64,000 nt of DNA from Thalassavirus gary (lineage: Duplodnaviria > Heunggongvirae > Uroviricota > Caudoviricetes > Demerecviridae): IMG/VR virus record IMGVR_UViG_2974784677_000001; one strand, 5' to 3'. The position numbers and the translations under genes were made by a program. Below, in pieces: positions 9,896 to 19,325 of the stretch (the first letter of the stretch is position 1; every line of letters begins with the position of its first letter). Below the pieces are notes generated by a model that had not been told where the DNA came from, ran no database searches, and saw only the letters and a list, made by a program, of their open reading frames with translations.

Positions 9896-10726
9896 TTATT
9901 TTGATTTACGTGCTGCTAGTAAAGCTTTGTTTAGCATTTCAGCACATGTAGTACCATTTAGGTATGTACCGCGACTCTTAATATCTACACCTAGTTTTTC
10001 AAGGTGACGTAGAGAGCCAATATCCCAGTATAGTACGTTCACATACTGGTGACGGTCTGCATCTAGCAGATATAGTTGGTAAGCTTTTCCCTGCTTACAA
10101 GGTACTTCTTTAATAACTTCTGCGAGACATTGGTAGCCAGGTAGCCACACAACTTCACCTTTGAAGTCAAGAGCACACTCAGGACGCCATTTACCTGCTT
10201 GAGAACGAACATCCACAACTTGTGATGGTTGCCAGCCTTTCTCAGCGATAATTTTCTTCTTCTGAGTATCGAACTCAGAGATAGAGCTACACTCAAAATC
10301 CACACGCTCACGACAAGCAAAGTCTGGTTCTAGAAGAACGCACTCTTCTGGTAGCATAGGTGGTTTTAGTGGGTTACGTTCACCACGAGAACGAATTAAT
10401 GCGCCTGCAAGCTCTAAGCGATGCTTTATGTATGCAGTAGAGCGGTAGTAACGGCTTGAAAGTTCTTCAAATGGAGCACCATCAAAGTAGTCTTCGATGA
10501 TATTTACAAGTTCTGCACCTGTACAAGGCTGACGACGTTTCTCTTTACGCATACGCGCAGAAACTTCTAGTTCAGTTTTGTACTCTTCAATACGAGATTC
10601 CATTGTCTTGTTATTCGACACACCTAGAATCTCACAAGCACCTTTCTTAGTGCCACCGTTTTCTAGCCATGCAATAGCTTTCTTGAATTGTTCTTCTGAA
10701 ATATCCGCACGTTGACGTCTAGCCAT
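9896..10726 (-). CDS. hypothetical protein with N-terminal HTH-like segment
   Basis: 276 aa; GACEILGVSNNKTMESRIEEY resembles an HTH. Confidence 0.35.
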   Translation of the reverse strand: MARRQRADISEEQFKKAIAWLENGGTKKGACEILGVSNNKTMESRIEEYKTELEVSARMRKEKRRQPCTGAELVNIIEDYFDGAPFEELSSRYYRSTAYIKHRLELAGALIRSRGERNPLKPPMLPEECVLLEPDFACRERVDFECSSISEFDTQKKKIIAEKGWQPSQVVDVRSQAGKWRPECALDFKGEVVWLPGYQCLAEVIKEVPCKQGKAYQLYLLDADRHQYVNVLYWDIGSLRHLEKLGVDIKSRGTYLNGTTCAEMLNKALLAARKSK

Positions 10727-10735
10727 GATTAGCTC

Positions 10736-10936
10736 CTACTTAAATTTAGCAAATAAATCCGCTAAAGGATTTGATTCTTTATTTTCGTTCATTTTAGCAA
10801 GGAATCGTAAGTTTTGCAATTCCTTTTTTAATTTTTCTTCACACTTAGCGCAACGAACAACACATCCTTTTGCAAGTCTACCATCTTCTATTTCCATAGC
10901 GATTTTATTGCAACCAGCACATTTAATCAAACGCAT
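10736..10936 (-). CDS. small zinc-ribbon protein
   Basis: CAGC..(x17)..CAKC four-cysteine motif. Confidence 0.35.
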   Translation of the reverse strand: MRLIKCAGCNKIAMEIEDGRLAKGCVVRCAKCEEKLKKELQNLRFLAKMNENKESNPLADLFAKFK

Positions 10937-10937
10937 G

Positions 10938-11204
10938 TTAGATCTCCGTTAGAGTTTCTAGGGTTTGTTCATATGTAGCGTCTTTAGGCATAACTACATC
11001 GCCAATATATTCCATATCACCTTCTAGTGTATCCCAAACATGCATTTGGCAATGTTCGGGCGGTACTTTTGGCAGATAGGGTTTATCGTCGAAAGCAAAT
11101 ACTTCACCGTCAGAGTCAGCAGCCAAGAAGTTAAACGCGTCTTTAACATCTTCTGCATACACGCCAGAACGTAGACTTACTAGTAAACCATTACTTAATT
11201 TCAT
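10938..11204 (-). CDS. hypothetical protein
   Basis: 88-aa ORF. Confidence 0.3.
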   Translation of the reverse strand: MKLSNGLLVSLRSGVYAEDVKDAFNFLAADSDGEVFAFDDKPYLPKVPPEHCQMHVWDTLEGDMEYIGDVVMPKDATYEQTLETLTEI

Positions 11205-11529
11205 TATATTCTCCTCTTTTTCAATTTATGAGATTATTATATTACATATCACACATGTCTGCAATTGAATTTTCAAATTGAGTTATCTCAGGCTCTATAA
11301 ATGACCAATCCAATCCGAAGTCACCTTTCTCTGAGTAATTATAGGCACATGCGCAGAGAAGTCCGACAGTAACGTTGAATATTAATATTTTCCACACAGC
11401 TTGTCCTCCACGAGAGATGAAATTCTTCTTTCTATCTTTTTATAATATATCGCAGGTCTTGTAGTGACTTTGACGGGTTTTGGGAAGTTGAGTATTTCCG
11501 GATGCCTAGCAACTATTGGTGGAACAACT

Positions 11530-11766
11530 CTACATAGCATAGTTTTCTTCCTCATGGTCAGGCACTACTGGATAGAACTTATTATATATAGTATTTCCTA
11601 CTAAGGGGCAGGTAAAGACTCTGTGCTTAAACTTTCGTTCAGTCTTATCATAGATTGTACCCCAAGTCTTGTTGGCTAAATCTATAATATGGTCACGCTC
11701 TTTTTCACTGTACTTTCTAGTTTTAAGTAGCCACTCGATAGTGCCCACTGATTCTTCTCTATCCAT
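11530..11766 (-). CDS. hypothetical protein
   Basis: 78-aa ORF. Confidence 0.3.
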   Translation of the reverse strand: MDREESVGTIEWLLKTRKYSEKERDHIIDLANKTWGTIYDKTERKFKHRVFTCPLVGNTIYNKFYPVVPDHEEENYAM

Positions 11767-11815
11767 AACTCACCTATTAGTTTGTTGGGGTGTAAAAAAG
11801 TAGGGCTTTCAATCC

Positions 11816-14683
11816 CTACAGTAGTAATACGTCTTTATCACCTAGCATTGACAGCTCAAACTCAGTCATAAACTCAGTTGGAATCTGAATGCCTTCGATT
11901 TTGCAGTAAGTACGATACCAGCCAACAATATTATCGAAATCACCAGGCTCGGTAATTCCCATCATTTTGAAGTAGCGTTTAATACGCCATGGCTCTGTAC
12001 GTACATCTAGACCAGTACATTGATACCATTCACTAGGGAATCTCTTCAAATGATTAATAAATGGGTCGTAACTAGCTTCGCAAGACTTAATAATCTTCCA
12101 AAACTTCTTATGTACTTTATGGAAGAAGGCTGCACGATCATGCGGTTTTTGTTTCAACCACAACTCAACCATCTCTTCGTTAACATCACCCAAGTCGTCT
12201 ACATCCTCGTAGTAACGAGTAATAAACTGCTTCACTTCCCAAGCATCGTTATGACGCTGTAGCTGGAAGCTAGGTGTTGCTGATAGAATCGCATTAACTC
12301 GTTCTTCGTGATACTCCGAGTTAGCCGATTCAATTGTACCCCACTTGCCTGGGTCTAGGGAGATAGAACAACCTTGGTCACGTAATAGCATACGGAAGGT
12401 TGACTTATATTTACTACATTCTTCTTCTCGTCGTTTAGCAAAAATCTTACGACAACGCTGTAACCATCCTAGCGATTCTTCATACTTATCAGCACCCGCT
12501 TTAAACCCTTCGGTAGCCGGAGCAGTGTAGTAATAAATAGTTCTCGCACCACGGTCACGTCGGAGTGCTTGGAATCGTAGGTTTGGAGCATGAATACCTG
12601 AATCTCGTGTAATTAGGAATACAGTATCAAAGTAACTGAAATCCACCCCACTAGTAACAGAAGGGCTACACAATAGGCCATCAACTCTTTGTTGTTGAAG
12701 TGACGGGTTTCCATATGTTAGAATCTCCTTAATATCCGCATCTTTCGTAGAGTTCTTATGAATCTCTTTGATATTAGCTGCGGTTACACTTCTGAGAGCG
12801 ATACCTTTCTCATTTAGTTCATCAGGTGAACAATCGGATACAAGCAAGCATTTCTCACCAATCTCTAGAGCACCTTGCATTGCAGCCCATACAGAGTTTT
12901 CATCAAACAGTTCGATAGCTTGGGCGTTAGCTAGCATCTTTCTGTCGTGCTGATAAATAACCACTTGTTTTACAGGGTCACATAGACGAGCATACGCTTC
13001 GATAGTTTCAGGTGAAATGTCACCATCCGACAATACTACGTACTTAGCCTCTTGCAAGATTAGTTTTAGGGTCTTAATACACTTATCCTTCTCCTTGATT
13101 AGATCACTGAAAAGAATATCGTTCATTACGGCATCGCATTCATCAATGAATACCATGTCAAGACCTTTCTGATTGATTGTGTCGTAGAAACGGTGTAGCG
13201 AGTGAATAGTAGTTGACATGCGGTCAATCTTACCATCACGAAACTCAGTGTAATCTTTCAGCTTATTATAACATCCAGATTCAAGTTTCTTAGCGTTACC
13301 TTCTACTAGAGAAACGGTGTTTGTAATAGACAGGAAACGTCCTTTGAACAAACCACTAGCCAACCAAGTCTGAACAGTTGTAGTTTTACCAGTACCAAGA
13401 CTAGCTTTTACAAACGTCAGAGAATCTTCTGGTGGAAGATGGTTAATCTTCAAGAATCTGTCATTATCCGCACTGTCGGTTGCTTCATCTTTAACTGGAA
13501 GCATAGTAGATACCGTTGGGTCAGATGATACATTGATATTACCATCAACCTTACGAAGGCTACGAGATAGAATAATCTTTAGCGCCGCTTCCTTAGCGTT
13601 GCCAATATATTCCTTAACAGAACGAGTTCTGTTCTCATACCCTTCTAGAATCTTCTCTACCTGAGCGTCTAGCCAGTTAATATCCACACCCTGCTCTACT
13701 GCTGCACAGTAAACAGAGATGGTATGTCGCATGAATACGTTATCTTTTGCTTCTTTCAGCGTTTCAATACGCTTTTCGAAGTCCTTGCTAGGAAAGTCGT
13801 GTAGACCTTCGATACCAGTAATATAGGAAAAATGTTCCTTTTTAAGGACATAGTTCGAAATACCTTGGTACTCTTGCAAGTTTTCTGGCAATGTAATACT
13901 ATCCCCAAGAATATGCACTGCTCTTTCCTTATCCTTGAATGGATTGATTTCTGGATTCTCAAATACTGGTTCAGCAGTGTACATCAAATGCACTTTATCA
14001 TAAACCGAAGTATCCAGTAGCTCAAAACCATATTCTTCCTGAGCTTTCTTATTCAACTGATACGACAGGTACTTTAGCTGACCGTTAGACACGGCTTTGC
14101 TAGTCTGCATGTACATATGCAAACGAATACCTGGCTTAATACCTGCACTACCACTAGCTTTAGCGATAAATGCAGGATTATCCGGAAAGATGTCAGGCTC
14201 TAGTTTACGTAGAAGATCAATACAGTATCTGCCTTGGTCTTCGATAGACATTCCCTCACGAGGGGCTGAAATACCATCAATATCCATATGGATAATACGA
14301 GAACGTACAGAGCAATTAAATGTTTCTGCATTACGTCTAATATTACGGATATTAGAAATAGGGGCAGCTCGAACTAGAGCCACCTCTGGATTCTTTTGGT
14401 ACTCTGAAATCAGCTTAAACGTCTGGTCTAGAGAGTTAGGGTTAGTTGACTCTATCACGTTAAAGAACTTCGGCATGATAGGGTCTACAGATTTGCCATT
14501 TTTGTCAAAAACTTTTGCTAAACGAACTTTGCTATCTGGAGCGGGTTCGATGTACTCGTTTCCAGAAAAGTAAGGCTTAAATACGCCTTCGATAAACGTT
14601 AGCATTAAAAAATCTCCCATGTTAGTTAAACATATACATTTAAAGTGTGTAATACCAAAACCATTACTGATACCGACTTTCAC
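11816..14683 (-). CDS. large P-loop ATPase / SF2-type helicase, candidate replication-origin-binding protein
   Basis: 955 aa; Walker A LGTGKTTT and DExD-like box VFIDECDAV about 100 aa downstream; ~400-aa N-terminal extra domain. Confidence 0.5.
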   Translation of the reverse strand: MKVGISNGFGITHFKCICLTNMGDFLMLTFIEGVFKPYFSGNEYIEPAPDSKVRLAKVFDKNGKSVDPIMPKFFNVIESTNPNSLDQTFKLISEYQKNPEVALVRAAPISNIRNIRRNAETFNCSVRSRIIHMDIDGISAPREGMSIEDQGRYCIDLLRKLEPDIFPDNPAFIAKASGSAGIKPGIRLHMYMQTSKAVSNGQLKYLSYQLNKKAQEEYGFELLDTSVYDKVHLMYTAEPVFENPEINPFKDKERAVHILGDSITLPENLQEYQGISNYVLKKEHFSYITGIEGLHDFPSKDFEKRIETLKEAKDNVFMRHTISVYCAAVEQGVDINWLDAQVEKILEGYENRTRSVKEYIGNAKEAALKIILSRSLRKVDGNINVSSDPTVSTMLPVKDEATDSADNDRFLKINHLPPEDSLTFVKASLGTGKTTTVQTWLASGLFKGRFLSITNTVSLVEGNAKKLESGCYNKLKDYTEFRDGKIDRMSTTIHSLHRFYDTINQKGLDMVFIDECDAVMNDILFSDLIKEKDKCIKTLKLILQEAKYVVLSDGDISPETIEAYARLCDPVKQVVIYQHDRKMLANAQAIELFDENSVWAAMQGALEIGEKCLLVSDCSPDELNEKGIALRSVTAANIKEIHKNSTKDADIKEILTYGNPSLQQQRVDGLLCSPSVTSGVDFSYFDTVFLITRDSGIHAPNLRFQALRRDRGARTIYYYTAPATEGFKAGADKYEESLGWLQRCRKIFAKRREEECSKYKSTFRMLLRDQGCSISLDPGKWGTIESANSEYHEERVNAILSATPSFQLQRHNDAWEVKQFITRYYEDVDDLGDVNEEMVELWLKQKPHDRAAFFHKVHKKFWKIIKSCEASYDPFINHLKRFPSEWYQCTGLDVRTEPWRIKRYFKMMGITEPGDFDNIVGWYRTYCKIEGIQIPTEFMTEFELSMLGDKDVLLL

Positions 14684-15185
14684 TAGCTATCCTGAACGCA
14701 CTCCCTCAGAGATCATCATGGACACAGACTTCACTAGCTTCATTCTCTACGTAACCCTTGCATATCCCTACTCCAATTGTAGGTCGGTTAGTCACTCAAT
14801 CCCGATTCGCGTACTACTTCCACTAGGTGGTGGGCGAGTCTTCCTCCGTTAGACAATATGTTACTACCATCGCTATCCTTGGCGATAGGTACGTTGTTCG
14901 TTGGCTTCTGGAACTCCCCCATTAACATCCAACCTGAACACTTAGTTTTTGTTACCATTCCACTCTTATACCAATCAAGAATATACCAAAATACGGAAGA
15001 CTCCCACAGAGATCACTGCCTTAAGTACCCCAATATACCTATCATACTCACATATTATGTGCCACATAACCTTGTACCTCCGGAGCATTTCCGAGTCATA
15101 CCAAAATCAGTTACCAGCGATGTGGACGCCATACAGTTAGCCAAACCATACGGGTAAGTTATTTTTATAGACACTCCTAGAATGC

Positions 15186-15218
15186 CCATAAAGATAACGG
15201 GGTAGAGGGCACTACCCC
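15186..15218 (-). terminator. hairpin terminator after 15318-15758 gene (minus strand)
   Basis: GGGGTAG-AGGGCA-CTACCCC 7-bp stem, U-rich tail on minus strand. Confidence 0.4.
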
Positions 15219-15317
15219 AGGAGAAGCGTAATATGGAAATCGACTCTTTCGAATCAATACATATATTTTATAACATCTGGTTAACAATGTCAAACTAAAA
15301 ACTTTAATTGTTAACTG

Positions 15318-15758
15318 TTAACTGATGCCAAGCATCTTGCAACCGAGTTCCATTTTCAACTCTTTAGCGATTTGTTTGCCTTGGCCTTCGACGAAGTGCT
15401 TATAATTGTTAGGACGAATTATGTGCTCTGAGTGATGGACTGAGGCATCGTAGTAAACTTCCGCGATAACTTTAAGTTCGGGATGCTCTGCTAATAGGTC
15501 TACTTTTTTCTGTAGGTTGCATGGACGGACATTGTGTGCACGTCCTTCGGGATCAACAACGGTGACGTTAACATTAGATACCAAATGTTTTAAAATCTCC
15601 GTCAAATAACGTACTTTATCTGTCATATTCATTAAAATTTTCCTATGTCTTCTGAAACTGCATATATTATACGATAAATTGGGGCATCCTGGCAAATACA
15701 TTTTTGCTCTACTGCCAAACTCGTTCGCCCATAATATAAGTATGATGTCAAGTACCAC
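15318..15758 (-). CDS. hypothetical protein
   Basis: 146-aa ORF divergent from nrdD. Confidence 0.35.
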   Translation of the reverse strand: MVLDIILILWANEFGSRAKMYLPGCPNLSYNICSFRRHRKILMNMTDKVRYLTEILKHLVSNVNVTVVDPEGRAHNVRPCNLQKKVDLLAEHPELKVIAEVYYDASVHHSEHIIRPNNYKHFVEGQGKQIAKELKMELGCKMLGIS

Positions 15759-15823
15759 ATTTTAGGGAAACTTGTCAACTTGATTTTTACGATAAAAGGC
15801 ATAGCAGAAACTTAAAAACTTTA

Positions 15824-15852
15824 TTTGATCTATATCAACTTTTTTGCTATAA
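15824..15852 (+). promoter_or_regulatory. sigma70-type early promoter (TTGATC-17-TATAAT) for nrdD operon
   Basis: -35/-10 hexamers with 17-nt spacer upstream of RBS GGAGGAG and ATG at 15907. Confidence 0.5.
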
Positions 15853-15906
15853 TATATGTCCAATTTGGGAATTTTATAAACCAACCACAGACGTTGGAGG
15901 AGAAGT

Positions 15907-18081
15907 ATGATTATAATCAAACGTGATAACACACGACAAGCATTTAACTTACATAAACCGTATGAAGCTGCTTTCATGGCTGCTAGTGACGCGGGTTATG
16001 ATTACTCTGACGCTAGCCAAATCGCTAATGATACAACTCAATTAGTAATCCATAGACTTCAAACAGAAGCTAGAGAAGAAGTAAGTGTATACGAGATCGA
16101 ACAATTAGTAGAAGACACACTTATGTCTAGTTGCTGGAAAGATGTAGCAAGAAAGTACATCGAGTATCGTCACGATCGCCAACAGGCGCGAGATTTGGAA
16201 AGTGATCTGCACAAAAACATTGTGGGATTAGTTGACCAGACTAACCCAGATATTCTGCATGAAAATGCAAACAAGGAATCAACAGTATTCCACGTACAAC
16301 GGGATTTACTAGCGGGTGAAATTTCTCGCCACTATGCACTAAACTACCTACTACCACGCGAAGTAGCTCGTGAGCATATCGCCGGTAATCTTCATTTTCA
16401 CGACCTAGACTACTTCCCAATGATGGGTATGACAAACTGCTGTCTAGTAGATCTTGAAGGTATGTTGAAGAACGGCTTTAAAATGGGTAACGCACAGATT
16501 GAGTCTCCAAACTCAATTCAAACTGCTGCTACCGTAGTATCACAAATTGCCGCGGCTGTTGCAAGCTCACAGTATGGTGGTACATCGTTTGACCGTCTAG
16601 ATGAAGTTCTAGCACCTTACGTGACTAAGACTTACCAGAAAGAATATAAGCGAGCTATGTCATTATTCCGTCGCTTTACTGGTACAGATGTTGTAACTGG
16701 CGACCTAGCCTTAAACTGTATAAAATCCGAAGCGCGTATCGCTACTGAAAAAGCAGTATTCGATGCTTGCCAAACACTAGAGTACCAAGTAAACACTATT
16801 TACTCAACTAACGGTCAGACTCCATTCTTGACCTTCGGTTTTGGTCTAGGCACGTCATGGGAAGCTAAGCTAGTTCAAAAAGGTATTCTACAGAACCGTA
16901 TTGCAGGTTTAGGTAAAGAAGCAGCTACGCCTGTGTTCCCTAAACTAGTATTTGGTCTGCGTGATGGTGTTAACCTAAAACCGGAAGATCCAAACTACGA
17001 TATTAAGCAACTAGCATTAGAGTGTGCTACTAAACGCATGTATCCAGATATTCTTAACTATGATAAGACAGTCGAGATAACTGGCGGGTACAAAGCACCT
17101 ATGGGTTGTCGTTCATTCCTGTCTCCTTGGCACGATGAAAACGGTAAAGAAACTTATTCTGGTCGTAACAACTTAGGAGTTGTTTCACTGAACATCCCTA
17201 AAATCGCTCTAGAAGCTCAACTAGATTACGATAAATTCTGGGATCTACTAGACAATTACTGTGAAGTAGCACATCGTGCGCTACAGTACCGTTTAGAACG
17301 TTTATCAACCGTAAAAGCTAAATCCGCGCCGATTATGTATATGGAAGGTGCGCTAGGTCTACACCTAGACGGCGAAGAGCTTGTCCTTCCACACCTGTTG
17401 AAGCGCGGTGCTAGCATCTCCTTAGGTTACATTGGCCTAGAAGAAGCAGCTAACGCAATGCTAGGAAGTATGATTCATACTTATGATGAGCCAGAAAAGC
17501 AACAATTCGCTCTAGATATTGTTAAGTTCCTTGACAAGAAAGCTACAGAGTGGAAAGAGGCAGAGGGTATTGGTTACTCAATTTATGCAACTCCAAGTGA
17601 GTCTCTATGTAACCGATTCTGTAAAGCAATCGTTAGAGAATACGGTGAGTTTGAAGGTGTAACGGATAAAGGCTACTTGACTAACTCATTCCACTTAGAC
17701 GTACTGAAGAAGGTTAATCCTTATGACAAAATCGACTTTGAAGCCCAGTTTATCCCATACAGCTCAGGCGGTCACATCTGTTATGGAGAGTTCCCGAACA
17801 TGCGCCATAACATCGAAGCACTTGAAAATGTGTGGGATTTTTCCTACACAAGAGTACCGTACTACGGTACAAACACGCCTATCGACGAATGCTACGAATG
17901 TGGCTTCAAAGGTGAGTTCAATTGTACCAGTAAAGGTTTCGAGTGCCCCAATTGTGGCAACCATGAACCTGATAAATGCTCCGTCACTCGTCGTGTCTGT
18001 GGCTATCTAGGTAATCCTGGTACTCGTCCATTCAATGCAGGTAAACAGTCAGAAATGACTAAACGTGTAAAACATCTTTAA
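15907..18081 (+). CDS. nrdD: anaerobic ribonucleoside-triphosphate reductase (class III RNR)
   Basis: 724 aa; C-terminal glycyl-radical motif RVCGYLG and Zn cysteines CYECG..CPNCG. Confidence 0.9.
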   Translation: MIIIKRDNTRQAFNLHKPYEAAFMAASDAGYDYSDASQIANDTTQLVIHRLQTEAREEVSVYEIEQLVEDTLMSSCWKDVARKYIEYRHDRQQARDLESDLHKNIVGLVDQTNPDILHENANKESTVFHVQRDLLAGEISRHYALNYLLPREVAREHIAGNLHFHDLDYFPMMGMTNCCLVDLEGMLKNGFKMGNAQIESPNSIQTAATVVSQIAAAVASSQYGGTSFDRLDEVLAPYVTKTYQKEYKRAMSLFRRFTGTDVVTGDLALNCIKSEARIATEKAVFDACQTLEYQVNTIYSTNGQTPFLTFGFGLGTSWEAKLVQKGILQNRIAGLGKEAATPVFPKLVFGLRDGVNLKPEDPNYDIKQLALECATKRMYPDILNYDKTVEITGGYKAPMGCRSFLSPWHDENGKETYSGRNNLGVVSLNIPKIALEAQLDYDKFWDLLDNYCEVAHRALQYRLERLSTVKAKSAPIMYMEGALGLHLDGEELVLPHLLKRGASISLGYIGLEEAANAMLGSMIHTYDEPEKQQFALDIVKFLDKKATEWKEAEGIGYSIYATPSESLCNRFCKAIVREYGEFEGVTDKGYLTNSFHLDVLKKVNPYDKIDFEAQFIPYSSGGHICYGEFPNMRHNIEALENVWDFSYTRVPYYGTNTPIDECYECGFKGEFNCTSKGFECPNCGNHEPDKCSVTRRVCGYLGNPGTRPFNAGKQSEMTKRVKHL

Positions 18082-18103
18082 GAGGGCAATTGCCCTCTTT
18101 TTA
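18081..18103 (+). terminator. rho-independent terminator after nrdD
   Basis: AGAGGGCAATTGCCCTCT + TTTTT. Confidence 0.6.
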
Positions 18104-18120
18104 ACCCTAGGAGAAAGTAT

Positions 18121-18333
18121 ATGAAATTATTTATGGCATCTTGGTGTACATACTGCCAACCAGTTAAAGAACTAATCAAAAATAAAGGACTGGATGTACA
18201 ACTATTGGATATTGACCACTCGTTTGAGCTAGCTAGTCAATACCGCATCAAACAAATCCCTGCACTAGTATTAGACGATGACACAGTAATGTTAGAATCA
18301 CTAGAAATTATGCGCTACTTGGAGACCCTATAA
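18121..18333 (+). CDS. glutaredoxin/NrdH-like redoxin
   Basis: 70 aa, CxxC active site WCTYC, thioredoxin-fold length. Confidence 0.6.
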   Translation: MKLFMASWCTYCQPVKELIKNKGLDVQLLDIDHSFELASQYRIKQIPALVLDDDTVMLESLEIMRYLETL

Positions 18334-19325
18334 TGCCAGTACGTTGTCAAACATATAAAGAAGCCTACACCTTCGATTACCCTGAGGCAGTTGCATTTGC
18401 AGACGCCCAAAACTCAGTAATATGGTTTCACCACGAAATTAACGTAGAAAAAGACATTCAAGATATTCGTGTTAACATGACACCAGCAGAAGCTCACGGT
18501 GTTATTACTACACTAAAGCTGTTCACACTATATGAGCTAGTTCTAGGTAATGAATATTGGGGTGGTAGATTTAAACGCATGTTCCCCCGCCATGACTTCC
18601 GTCAGATGGGTAACGCATTCGCATTTGCTGAAATCAACATGCACGCACCTTTCTACAATAAAATCAATGAAGCTCTAATGCTTAATACAGATGAGTTCTA
18701 CACCAGCTACGTAGACGACCCTATTCTTAAATCTCGCATGGAATTTGTAGAATCATTAGTCTGCGATCCTGATGATCTAGTATCTGTAGGGGCATTTAGT
18801 ATGATTGAAGGTGCTGTACTGTATAGTGCATTCGCTTACCTAAAGCACTTCCAAGCACAAGGTAAGAACAGGATTCTAAACGTAGTACGTGGTATTAACT
18901 TCTCTGTACGTGATGAAAACCTACACTGTGAGGGCGGGGCTTGGGCATTCAATACATTGCGTCGTGAAATGGAACAATCCGGAGAGTTAACAGCTTCCCA
19001 ATTTAACAAGGTATCAAAACGCCTACAAAGTGCAGGACGTCAAGTATATGAGCACGAGGCTCGTATTATTGATATGATGTTCGAGAAAGGTGAGATTGAA
19101 GGCTTCCATGCAGAAGACCTAAAAACCTTTGTTAAATCACGTATCAACCTATGTCTAGGGCATCTAAGAATTGCTCCAATTTTTGAAATTGGTGAAAACC
19201 CTATTGCAGAATGGTTCTATGATAATATCAATGCCCTGAAGTTCCATGACTTCTTTACAGGTACAGGTTCAGAATATAACCGTGATTGGGATGAATCACG
19301 ACTAAGATGGAAGGTGAAAGCATAA
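18333..19325 (+). CDS. nrdB: ribonucleotide reductase class Ia small subunit
   Basis: Iron ligands and radical Tyr: AFAEINMHAPFY (E..H...Y), MIEGAVLYSAF, RDENLH. Confidence 0.85.
   Translation: MPVRCQTYKEAYTFDYPEAVAFADAQNSVIWFHHEINVEKDIQDIRVNMTPAEAHGVITTLKLFTLYELVLGNEYWGGRFKRMFPRHDFRQMGNAFAFAEINMHAPFYNKINEALMLNTDEFYTSYVDDPILKSRMEFVESLVCDPDDLVSVGAFSMIEGAVLYSAFAYLKHFQAQGKNRILNVVRGINFSVRDENLHCEGGAWAFNTLRREMEQSGELTASQFNKVSKRLQSAGRQVYEHEARIIDMMFEKGEIEGFHAEDLKTFVKSRINLCLGHLRIAPIFEIGENPIAEWFYDNINALKFHDFFTGTGSEYNRDWDESRLRWKVKA

Noticed and set aside
12020-14573. Several plus-strand ORFs (12020-12262, 12345-12530, 12768-12953, 13832-14020, 14097-14573)
   Set aside because: All are antisense to the 955-aa helicase-like gene and lack RBS; artefacts of a long gene.
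14619-15157. ORFs 14619-14852, 14858-15157, 14949-15140 in the 630-nt intergenic region
   Set aside because: No Shine-Dalgarno sequences, overlapping each other, odd composition; treated as non-coding.
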